Both the position numbers and the translations under genes were made by a program. This document shows, one piece after another, positions 28,471 through 38,400 of a DNA stretch of 64,000 bases (within the stretch, counting starts at the first letter, position 1; each line of letters opens with the position of its first letter). The notes beneath the pieces are model-generated. The model worked only from the letters and a program-made list of their open reading frames with translations, searched no databases and had not been told where the DNA came from. Origin of the DNA: a virus; IMG/VR virus record IMGVR_UViG_3300030102_008089, positions 63,434-127,433 of that record. One strand, written 5' to 3'.

Positions 28471-30267
28471 ATGGCAAAAAGACCGATAAATTATACAAGC
28501 AGAGATTTTGAGTCCATTAAGAATGACTTAGAAAATTATGCTAAACGTTACTATCCTACTACATTCAAAGATTTTAGTGAAGCTTCTTTTGGTGCTTTAA
28601 TGTTGGATTTAGTTGCATATGTGGGAGATCAGCTTTCCTTTTATGCAGATTTCCAAACAAATGAAAGTTTTCTTGACAGCGCAATTAGATATGATAGTGT
28701 TGTTAGGTTATCCGAGACCCTCGGATATAAAAATCAGGGCGCTGCTAAGTCAACTGGACAAGTAGCTATATTTATGCTTGTACCAGTATCGTCTAATTCT
28801 AGATCTCCAGATGTAAATTATTTTCCGATTTTACAAAGAGGGACAATCATCTCAGGGGAGAATGGTGCCGCCTATACTTTAACAAATGATGTTGATTTTA
28901 CAGATCCCAATAATCAAATAACGGTAGCCAGAACTGACACAACAACAGGTAACCCAACATTTTTTGCTGTAAAAGCATTCGGTCAGGTTGTTTCTGGTCG
29001 TCAATTTGAGGATCAAATAACAGTGGGTGATTATCAAAGATTTTTAACCCTGGATCTTGGTAGGAATAATGTAACAGAAGTTTTATCTGTAAAGGACTCT
29101 CAGGGTAACGAATATTTTGAGGTTGAAAACCTATCTCAGGATGTTGTCCTGAAGCAGGTTAAGAATGTAGATAGTTCAACAAGAGATGATGTTGCTTACT
29201 CTATGCGAGTTATGCCTGTGCCCAGAAGATTTACAACAAGGTTCAATGTAGATGGATCAACAACACTTCAGTTTGGTTATGGGTCTGAGGATAATCTAAC
29301 TGGTGATCTTGTCGCTGACCCCGCAGACGTTGTACTTAACGTAAACAGTAAGCCTTATGTTTCCGAGACGACTTTTGACCCTACAAACTTAATAAAGACC
29401 GACAAGTTCGGAGTTGTCCCAACAAATACAACTCTTACAGTAATTTATACAGCAAATACTTCAAATGTATCAAATGCCTCTGTTGGCAGTATTAACAATA
29501 TTTCGAGTCCAAAACTTCTTTTTAATGACAGGTCACAATTGTCTGAGGCCGTTATTGATATCATAGTAAGTTCGATTGAGGTAGATAATGAAGAGCCAAT
29601 AACTGGTGATAGTGAGCCCCTCACAGCAGATGAGATAAGGATTAGAGCACTTGGATCCTACGCTACACAAAGTCGTGCAGTGACCAGAGAAGATTATATG
29701 AACTTGGCCTATCGTATGCCTCCAAAATTTGGAAAAATCAAAAGAGCAAATGTGATAAGAGATGAAAATTCTTTTAAAAGAAATCTGAACATGTATGTTT
29801 TGTCTGAGGACTTCCTTGGTAACTTGTCAGTGCCAAACTCTGTATTGAAAGAAAATCTCAAAGTATGGTTAGACAATTATAGAATGATCAATGATACAAT
29901 TGATATTCTTGATGGGAAAGTAATAAACTTTGGTATTAAGTATGAGATAATATCTGACATAGATGCAAATCGTTTTGATTTGTTAGAGCAATGTAACGAA
30001 GCTTTGAAGAGTGATTTCCTGACAATAAAGTTCGGACTAGGAGAGTCTGTATACCTCTCAGAGGTGTATAAAATACTTAATGATGTGCCAGGAGTTACAG
30101 ATACAAGAAATGTTGAATTTTATAATCTTAATGGTGGAGTTTATAGTAACTATATTTACGACATTGATTCAAACATATCTAGAGATGGAAGGTATCTTAT
30201 TGTCCCCCCTGATTCAGCAGCAGAAATTCTTTTCCCAGATACTGATATTTTAGGAGTTATCGTGTAA
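28471..30267 (+). CDS. Baseplate wedge protein, T4 gp6 / baseplate J-like
   Basis: INYTSRDFESIK, LMLDLVAYVGDQLSFY, NESFLDSA, LSETLGY, QSRAVTREDY. Confidence 0.9.
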   Translation: MAKRPINYTSRDFESIKNDLENYAKRYYPTTFKDFSEASFGALMLDLVAYVGDQLSFYADFQTNESFLDSAIRYDSVVRLSETLGYKNQGAAKSTGQVAIFMLVPVSSNSRSPDVNYFPILQRGTIISGENGAAYTLTNDVDFTDPNNQITVARTDTTTGNPTFFAVKAFGQVVSGRQFEDQITVGDYQRFLTLDLGRNNVTEVLSVKDSQGNEYFEVENLSQDVVLKQVKNVDSSTRDDVAYSMRVMPVPRRFTTRFNVDGSTTLQFGYGSEDNLTGDLVADPADVVLNVNSKPYVSETTFDPTNLIKTDKFGVVPTNTTLTVIYTANTSNVSNASVGSINNISSPKLLFNDRSQLSEAVIDIIVSSIEVDNEEPITGDSEPLTADEIRIRALGSYATQSRAVTREDYMNLAYRMPPKFGKIKRANVIRDENSFKRNLNMYVLSEDFLGNLSVPNSVLKENLKVWLDNYRMINDTIDILDGKVINFGIKYEIISDIDANRFDLLEQCNEALKSDFLTIKFGLGESVYLSEVYKILNDVPGVTDTRNVEFYNLNGGVYSNYIYDIDSNISRDGRYLIVPPDSAAEILFPDTDILGVIV

Positions 30268-30268
30268 A

Positions 30269-31762
30269 ATGGCTATAAAAAAATATTACGCTACAAAAGA
30301 TAACACGATATCTAACGCTTTCAAGAGCAATCTTTTAACGAGGGCTACTGGGTCTAATATGGGCGCAGCAGATATCTTAGAGGTTTTTGTAATACACGGA
30401 CAAACTTCCGCATCAGTTAGTACCGAAAACGCTGAACAGAGTAGGGTAATTATTGAGTTTCCAATCGATTCAATTCAGGCGGATATGAATAACGGCGTTT
30501 TGCCAACAAGTACAGGAAGTATTCAGTTTTACCTAAATTTGTACAATGCTCCTCATGGCTCTTCAACGCCTACAGAGTTCAACCTAGACGTGAAGATGTT
30601 AGCCCAGGCTTGGAGTGAGGGTCGTGGACTTGATATGGACAACTATTCAGATTCAGGTGTATCTAATTGGATTTCCGCCTCATCTACCGCAGAGTGGGGA
30701 ACAACAGGAAGCTCATTTATAGGTGGTGTAAATACCTCTGCAAGTGTATCTTTTACTACAGGAATTGAAAACATATCGGTAGATGTGTCTGAGCAAGTTT
30801 ATAAATGGTTAGACGCAACAAACAATTATGGATTCCTTATAAAATTCCCAGACAGTATTGTTTCAGGGTCTGACTCTTATTATACAAAGAAATTTTTTGC
30901 AAGAACTAGTGAATTTTATCATTACCAACCAACAATTGAGGCTCGATGGGATTCTTCAAGAAAAGATAATAGAGGAAACTTTTTTATTAGCAGCAGTTTG
31001 GCAACTTCTGATGACAATAGGAACACCCTATTTCTGTACAATGTGATCAGGGGAGAGTTAAAAAACATACCAGGACTAGATGATAATAAGTTGATGGTTG
31101 AGTTGTATTCTGGAAGCACAGCACCAGAAGGATCTGCTTTGTATGTTGATGATTCTTCAGGAACATCAGTTACCGCAATAACTGGTGGATTACTCATAGA
31201 GAATGGTACCACAGTAACAGGCGTATACACAGCGTCATTCGCTTCAACCAGCAGCCTAACCACCGTGTATGATGTGTGGCACACAGGCTCAGGGGGCTCA
31301 AGAATAGAATTCTATACAGGATCATATGAACCAATTGGAGTTGAGACAAGCGACCTTCAATATGATAAAAAATATTTAACTTCTATAACAAATTTAGACA
31401 GTTCATATGAGAAGGGTCAAAAGCCAAATCTTAGAGTGTTTATTCGTGAAAAAAACTGGAGTCCTACAATATACACCGTGGCATCCTCAAAAGTAGATAC
31501 AACAATAATAGAAGATGCTTATTATAGAATTTTTAGGTCAATTGATAACTTAGAAATAGTGCCTTATGGAACTGGAAGCTCAAACAACAACTTCACTCGT
31601 TTGTCATATGATGTAAGCGGGAACTATTTTGAATTAGACACCTCGTGTTTAGAACAAGGCTACTCATATGGAATTCAGTTTGCCTACTATTTACAGGGTG
31701 AATACCAACAACAGCCAGAGGTATTCAAATTTAAGATAGAAGAAGATAGCCTGTATGAGTAG
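30269..31762 (+). CDS. Virion structural protein with DNRLRE/CBM96-like N-terminal domain
   Basis: Pattern ATKDNTI...SRVIIEF...LNLYNA...AWSEGRG...NW...W...VDVSEQVYKW..NNYGFLIK...QPTIEARWD; rich in [ST]GS. Confidence 0.5.
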   Translation: MAIKKYYATKDNTISNAFKSNLLTRATGSNMGAADILEVFVIHGQTSASVSTENAEQSRVIIEFPIDSIQADMNNGVLPTSTGSIQFYLNLYNAPHGSSTPTEFNLDVKMLAQAWSEGRGLDMDNYSDSGVSNWISASSTAEWGTTGSSFIGGVNTSASVSFTTGIENISVDVSEQVYKWLDATNNYGFLIKFPDSIVSGSDSYYTKKFFARTSEFYHYQPTIEARWDSSRKDNRGNFFISSSLATSDDNRNTLFLYNVIRGELKNIPGLDDNKLMVELYSGSTAPEGSALYVDDSSGTSVTAITGGLLIENGTTVTGVYTASFASTSSLTTVYDVWHTGSGGSRIEFYTGSYEPIGVETSDLQYDKKYLTSITNLDSSYEKGQKPNLRVFIREKNWSPTIYTVASSKVDTTIIEDAYYRIFRSIDNLEIVPYGTGSSNNNFTRLSYDVSGNYFELDTSCLEQGYSYGIQFAYYLQGEYQQQPEVFKFKIEEDSLYE

Positions 31763-34700
31763 ATTAAAGGACTTATATCAAAACAACAAGCAAGGAACAA
31801 CTGTTGGGAAATATCTCAATAGCAGTTCTCCTGATAATTTAGGAGGAGGCATAGAGTCAGAGGCTCATTTAAAATCCCTTGTTAAAAAGAATAATTATTT
31901 TCTACCACCCATAGATTATTCAAAGCCAGAAAACTTTGTTAAGTTTGGTTCGGCATATGAGTATTACAAAAACACATTTGAATATATTTCTAGTTACTAC
32001 CCTTACGATGGTTCTGGTTTGGAAAAAACAAACTTTTTCAATGATATAAATCCCTTAGAAAAATATATGCTAGAGGAAGTATATCCACGATCAACAGGTT
32101 TTGTCACAATAGGCGCAACCTATGGAGCGATATCATCAGATGCTAGTGGATACTTCTCATCTTCTGCTCAATATATTCAAGCAAAAGGTGGTCCTCACCT
32201 TAATACAAAATTTAACGAATCAGAAAATAGAACTTCGAATCTAGAGTTTGGCGGGCCTAGTGGATCTACAGTTGAATTTTTCCTGAAGAAAAACGATTTG
32301 ATAGATGAAAATTCTAGCTCTAGGCGGCAAGTCATCCTCGATGTAACAAATGGTGTTACAGAATCCACACAAGTAGATTACGGCAGGTTCAGGATAGAAT
32401 TAATATCAGGTTCAGAAACACAGTTTAATGTACTGATGCTATCAGGCACTAATGGGTTTAATAATGTCTTAGTTCCTTCTACTCCTAATCAAATAACAAT
32501 CTCTGATGGCTCTTGGAGACATTTTTCGTTTGCCTTCAATACAAAACCAGCGTCAGGATCTCCGTATATAGATTTCTATGTTAATGGTACTTGTGTTGAG
32601 ACAGGTATAGTAGGGTCTTCAAACATCTCAACACCTGTTACGGGTACAATGATAGCAAACATTGGCGCTCTAAAACAGAATCCGACAGGTGCTCTACCAG
32701 CAACTTTTGAGGGCTACGGAAAGCTTTCGGCTTCAATCGATGAGTTTAGATTTTGGAAAACCAGAAGAAACGCAGAGCAGATAGGTAGGAACTGGTTTAT
32801 TAATGTTGCTGGCGGTAGCGACAAATATGATGCCAATGTTTCACTTGGGGTGTATTATAAATTTAATGAAGGGATTACAACAGCAGAAGCTACTGACTCT
32901 GTTGTTCTTGATTATTCTGGCAGACTGTCAAATGGATTATTTACAGGGTATGATACAACTTGCAGAAATACAGGATCTGCTATTGATCAATTGTTGATTG
33001 ATTCTGTTCTCGAAAGAGGTGACCCAATAATACGCACAAATCATCCTGAGTATATATCAACTAAGGATTCATACGAAGTAACCGGCTCGACATATGATCA
33101 AAATAATAGCGCCAGACTTTTAAACCACCTCCCAAATTGGATAATAGAAGAGGAGGAGAATAGTCAAAATGAAATTATTAATTTAACACAAATTATTTCT
33201 GGTTATTTTGACACTTTGTATAACCAACTATCATCCTTGAAAAAAATAAGATACAATGATTATGTTAGCGGAAGTTTAACAAATTCTATTGATGAATTTC
33301 CGCACAATGACAGACTTGTTGAAAACCTTGGTATTAATACTCCTGAGTTGTTCGAGAATGCAGATGTGTTGGCTCAATTTCTAAAAAGAGATGAGCAAAT
33401 TAATTTTGACCAGCAACTTGTGGATGTGAAAAATACAATATATAAAAACATATATAACAACCTAAATTTTATTCTTAAATCAAAAGGCAACGAAAAGTCA
33501 ATAAAAAACTTCATACGCTGTCTTGGGGTTGGGGAAGAAATTTTAGCTTTTAACACTTATTCCGACGACGTGGATTTTGAGCTATCAAGTAGCTATAAAA
33601 CACAAGTCAGTACAAAAAAATATGCTGATTTTACCTCGTTAAATAATCAGGGTGATTCAAGTGCATTAGTATATCAGTATTACGATTCAACAAACACAAA
33701 CTCTGTAGGTCTTATTGCAGGATCAGATCAGCTTGATGAGTATGCTTTCACTTTACAGGCAGAATTTTTATTTCCTAATAAAGATGAGCAAGATAGTTTA
33801 TCTTATGAGCTACCAACAGTTCTTACGTCCTCTCTATTTGGTTTTCACGTCCCAAACGATACAAGTCCAACTTCTACAGATCTAACCTGGGAAGCTCTTA
33901 ATAACGATTACGGATTACAAGTATATGCAATTAAAAGCCCAGGAGCCTTTGCAGAAATAACCTCTCCGCTTTCTAGAGTCAAAGATGCATATTTTGTCGT
34001 GCAAAACCGTGCAGGAGAGAATTTATTAACATCAGACATATATCGTAATGTATACGATAACGAAAAATGGAATATTTCTGTAACTTTAAAACCAAAGAGA
34101 TACCCATTCTCTGATGGTGTATTTGGGTCTGATGTAGGAGATTCCGCTTATGAGTTAGGGTTTGTGGGCATAAACTATGATACAGGAGTTAAACAAAATA
34201 GTTTTAATTTAACCGCTGATGTTGGTTTCACTTCAGGCTCATTAACTGTGGGCTCTACAAAGAGAGTTTATGTCGGAGCACACAGGACAAATTTTTCAGG
34301 CGACCTTTTGACTCGATCTGATGTTCATGCTACAAGTTGTAGGTATTGGACAGATTATTTCTCATCGGAAGCTTTGGACATACAAGCCAGAGACACAGAG
34401 ACCCATGGCTCCCTGCACCCATCTAGAAATGCCTATTTGTTTCAGACGGCAAGTGCTAACGTGTATATACCTGAAGCTCAAACATTAGCGTTAAATTGGG
34501 ACTTTTCAAAGGTTACAAAATCTGACTCTAGTGGCTTCTTTACCGTACAGGATCAATCGTTTGGGCAAAATGATGGAAGTTACACAGCAGACTATCAGGG
34601 CACTGTTTTTAGTCCAATAAACCTAAGACAACACACAGGACGTGGTGAATTTTTTACAGCAAATTCTAAACCTGTTAGGAAACAATATGTTTATTCTGAA

Positions 34701-35459
34701 AGGCTTTTGCCTCCCGAATACATAGCCTCTAGCGAGATGGTTAAGGTTTTGTCTACAGATGATGAAATTTTTGGCATATTCAAAAAACCTGCAAGTAGTT
34801 TTTTTGCGATAGAAAAAAGTATGTATCGTAGTATTTCTAATCGTATGCTACAACTGTTTGCTTCTATAAGAGATTTTAACAATCTTATTGGTGAGCCAGT
34901 CAACAAGTATCGATTGAACTATAAGCGCATGGAGAAGATGCGTGAAATTTTCTTCCGAAAAGTTCAAAATGATATCGTAGATCTGCAAAAATATCTTGAT
35001 TATTACAAGTGGCTTGATACAGCAATGACACAAATGATAGATCAGCTTATGCCAGCTTCTGCTCGTTACGCTTCTAATGTAAGAAATATTGTTGAAAGTC
35101 ACAGTCTAGAAAGAAACAAAATACAATATAAACCACCTTTATTAACAAGCCCAGGCGCACCAAACAGAGTGCGTGTAATAACAGGGGATATAAATGGCGA
35201 TGATACCCCATTAGGAGTGGGAGGCGACGCCGAAGACGACAACCACCCAGAGAATAGACCAGAAGAAGACAACCCCAGGGAACAGGGGGGAAATGCTGTA
35301 CGCACGAGAGATGAAGGTGTTGGGGTCCGCCCACCTAAAGGAATTGATTCTGGTCCAATTGGACAAGAGCCCGAGGCCGTGGAGCCTGACGAAATAAGAA
35401 TAGCTGAAGACCTACATATTAGAGAATTCCCCCCAGTCCCTCCTCCTAAGTTTGGTTGA
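31755..35459 (+). CDS. Virion structural protein with LamG/concanavalin-A-like domain
   Basis: TVEFFLK, DGSWRHFSFAF, FYVNG, SIDEFRFWKTRRNAEQI, YYKFNEG; acidic Pro-rich C-terminal tail. Confidence 0.7.
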   Translation: MSRLKDLYQNNKQGTTVGKYLNSSSPDNLGGGIESEAHLKSLVKKNNYFLPPIDYSKPENFVKFGSAYEYYKNTFEYISSYYPYDGSGLEKTNFFNDINPLEKYMLEEVYPRSTGFVTIGATYGAISSDASGYFSSSAQYIQAKGGPHLNTKFNESENRTSNLEFGGPSGSTVEFFLKKNDLIDENSSSRRQVILDVTNGVTESTQVDYGRFRIELISGSETQFNVLMLSGTNGFNNVLVPSTPNQITISDGSWRHFSFAFNTKPASGSPYIDFYVNGTCVETGIVGSSNISTPVTGTMIANIGALKQNPTGALPATFEGYGKLSASIDEFRFWKTRRNAEQIGRNWFINVAGGSDKYDANVSLGVYYKFNEGITTAEATDSVVLDYSGRLSNGLFTGYDTTCRNTGSAIDQLLIDSVLERGDPIIRTNHPEYISTKDSYEVTGSTYDQNNSARLLNHLPNWIIEEEENSQNEIINLTQIISGYFDTLYNQLSSLKKIRYNDYVSGSLTNSIDEFPHNDRLVENLGINTPELFENADVLAQFLKRDEQINFDQQLVDVKNTIYKNIYNNLNFILKSKGNEKSIKNFIRCLGVGEEILAFNTYSDDVDFELSSSYKTQVSTKKYADFTSLNNQGDSSALVYQYYDSTNTNSVGLIAGSDQLDEYAFTLQAEFLFPNKDEQDSLSYELPTVLTSSLFGFHVPNDTSPTSTDLTWEALNNDYGLQVYAIKSPGAFAEITSPLSRVKDAYFVVQNRAGENLLTSDIYRNVYDNEKWNISVTLKPKRYPFSDGVFGSDVGDSAYELGFVGINYDTGVKQNSFNLTADVGFTSGSLTVGSTKRVYVGAHRTNFSGDLLTRSDVHATSCRYWTDYFSSEALDIQARDTETHGSLHPSRNAYLFQTASANVYIPEAQTLALNWDFSKVTKSDSSGFFTVQDQSFGQNDGSYTADYQGTVFSPINLRQHTGRGEFFTANSKPVRKQYVYSERLLPPEYIASSEMVKVLSTDDEIFGIFKKPASSFFAIEKSMYRSISNRMLQLFASIRDFNNLIGEPVNKYRLNYKRMEKMREIFFRKVQNDIVDLQKYLDYYKWLDTAMTQMIDQLMPASARYASNVRNIVESHSLERNKIQYKPPLLTSPGAPNRVRVITGDINGDDTPLGVGGDAEDDNHPENRPEEDNPREQGGNAVRTRDEGVGVRPPKGIDSGPIGQEPEAVEPDEIRIAEDLHIREFPPVPPPKFG

Positions 35460-35482
35460 ATATTTATAAATACTTGCAAGAG

Positions 35483-35490
35483 ACTAATTA
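35483..35490 (+). promoter_or_regulatory. Late motif ACTAATTA, 4 nt before ATG 35495
   Basis: Intergenic; fixed spacing. Confidence 0.6.
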
Positions 35491-35494
35491 ATAA

Positions 35495-38400
35495 ATGGCG
35501 AAAAGAATAATCATAAATTCGGCTCCCCCAAAGCCATCAAAAAGAATAATTGGCGGCTCGAATCAGAGGAGTCAATCGAGACTAACTTTGCAAGGGTCAT
35601 ATTCTTGGAAGTATAATCATGCCCCAGAAGGTCTAGATGAGAGCAAAAATTTATCTTGGTGGCGTGAAGAGGCAAATCGATACGAGGCACCTCTATCCTC
35701 ATCAGGGGAGATATTATACGGAAGGCAGGCTGTCAAAAGAGAACTAAAAAGAGACACGGATAAAAGAAAATTATATAATTTTGATATACAGCTTGACAAT
35801 TCAATAAAGGGTGGCAGCAATCAACCTATTAACAAAAAATATCACCTTGGCAACAGAACACTCACGGCTTTTGATAGCGAAATAAATGTTTCTGAGGACA
35901 TATACCCTAATACAAAAAAGAGAGTGTCGTTTGGAGTAACTTTAGACGGGAAAACATATACTAGCGAACAAACAACCCCTTTTAGTCTGTTTAGTTCCAG
36001 TGTATCGTCAGGGTACCAGGCAAAGTTGACTGCTGATGGGTTTGGCGGCGTTGATTTTGCTAATTTACATGATGATAAAATACAAACCTACCAAGGAGAG
36101 GTGCCAGCCCAAGGACCTTTTACCGAAAGGTTTGTGGGTGGTATTCTTGCCAGGCATAATGCCCCACTTCGAGCAACTGAGCGCCAAGAATCATTTAATA
36201 TTGTACTGTCCCCATCCTCTGTAGCAGAAGTTAATATAGAGGTTAACAATGGAGCAGATCCTTTCATTGACCTAAATGGAAGAACTTTGACTTTAACTCT
36301 TGGGGGAGTGTCTTATTCGGCAACGTTTAACCCTGGTGTTAATATCGCAGATTCAACAAAAACAGTTTTGGGCATTGCCGACGCAATTGATGCCGACGGT
36401 GCCGCCGAAGCAATATCCAGAAGTTTAAACCTAGCGGCCTCTGGAGACGGGTTGCCAGTTGTGGCAAGTTATGGCTTTACTAATTTTGTTAATGTCAAAG
36501 GCACGTTTGTAGGAACGAGAGACAACGGTACAGCTTTTGGGGGAACCTCTATTGATGCTGGAAGGGTTACACCAACACCAACATTTAGTGGCGGTGCAAA
36601 CTCAGTAAGAGCTATAAATCAAACCGATGTTGGAAGTCCACAAGGAAAATACTTAAGAGGGCTTGGAGCAAAAGCACCAGTAAATATTGAAAATATAAAA
36701 ACATTATTTACTTCCGATAGTGTGCGTGTGGTTGGAAACTATATCAGGAACTATGAAGTGGTCCAAGGTTCTAATCGTGCCGCTACTAATATGGATTTAG
36801 CATATAATCGAAACAATTATAATAATACTGCCCCTTCAGCGTTTATAACAACCCCAGCTATGCGGACTTTATTAGCAACAGGATCAGCAGATTATGCCGC
36901 ACCTCGTCAGATCAGTACAAGAAAAACTAACCAGACAATTATTGTAAATCGTTTTTCTGCCCCAGGCGACAAGGTGGACTCTAAACAACAATTTCGTGAT
37001 GTAACATCAGATCAATCATCTCCAAATAATGCTCTACCATTCCGTAATATACCAGTTCGAAAGCCGTATATTAGCAAGCTGTCTACTCATACAGCTTTTG
37101 GCGGATATGAACTAGGAAGTACAACTGTCGCAGCGGTTTATAAAACACAGAGAAACAGAACCCAAAGAGTTCAGGCTTCTGGTAGTGTATTTATTACGGG
37201 TTCGGTTTTTGACGATTATTTTGTAACAAGGCCAATACCAGCAGGAGATAGCACTCAGTGGTTTTTTTCGCTATCAGGTTCAGACACGGATACATACAGT
37301 GATTATGTTAGGGCAAACTCAAGATATCCAGAACAAATTTCTTTTTCCAAATTAAACATTGGATCATTTAATGCTGGATTGGCGGGACTGACAGGTTCAG
37401 ATGGTAATGCAACTTATATTTGGGCCTCCTCGCCATTTGTTGCTCCCTGGAGCCAGACCAGAAACTCATACAAAAGCTCAGCAATATTTTTAAGAAAAAA
37501 CAATATTTACGAACTTGACCCAGAAATAAAAACAGGGAAAGACACAACTTCTCTTGCAGACTCTACAAAAACAAGACAATTTGTTGATCAAGTTGGTAAT
37601 ACAGTAACAAATTTCTACTCTCAGCAGTTTAGAGAACCACCAATCACATCAAGATATAAGCCACTGGTTCACCAAATAGAAACTTTTATTGGCTCGCCAT
37701 CTGAGACAACTAGTAACAAAATTACTTTAAGTTTAGAATATAGTTATGGAAACACTCTTATGGGGTTTGCCAATCGTGAACTTAACAGGAGAGTTGCAGG
37801 GGATATTAAATTTAATCATAACAAGATCAAACGACCCTATGAAGTATTGCGAGAACAATTAAATAGTGACTCATCACGCTCTCTAAATGGCGTGAACGTG
37901 ATAAAAATGTTTGCGTACAATGAGACTATATGGCCTAAAGAAGTGTACACTTATTTATCTGGAAGCCGTGCGAGATTATCTTTTACTAACTCTTACTGGA
38001 GAGATGACGCTATAATCCAACCAGTAACAACTTTTTATACAAACTATAACACACTGTTTTATGTTACATCTATAGAGACAAGAGATAATAGACAAACTCC
38101 ACGCTTAACCACTCCGTTTACAACATCTCAAGGATATGGGGTTACCTTAGCGGATCAATTACCTTACAACCCATTGGACTCATCAACCCCCGTCCCAGAA
38201 GGCCCAGGTAGGGCGTCAATTTGGCCACTGGACTCATATTTGTGGTCTGATTTATCAGACACTTACGCAGGTTCTACCTACGAGACAGGATCGCTTTCTG
38301 CCTCGGTAATATTGGCAGGACAAGCATCAACGCCTTGTGGCGAACTGATGATGACAAATTTTGGAACAATTGATGATCGAATCACTAGCACAGACGCATC

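Noticed and set aside
35099-35479. 126-aa antisense ORF over the Pro-rich tail of 31755
   Set aside because: Low-complexity GC-rich sequence lacks stops by chance; TTG start with no RBS.
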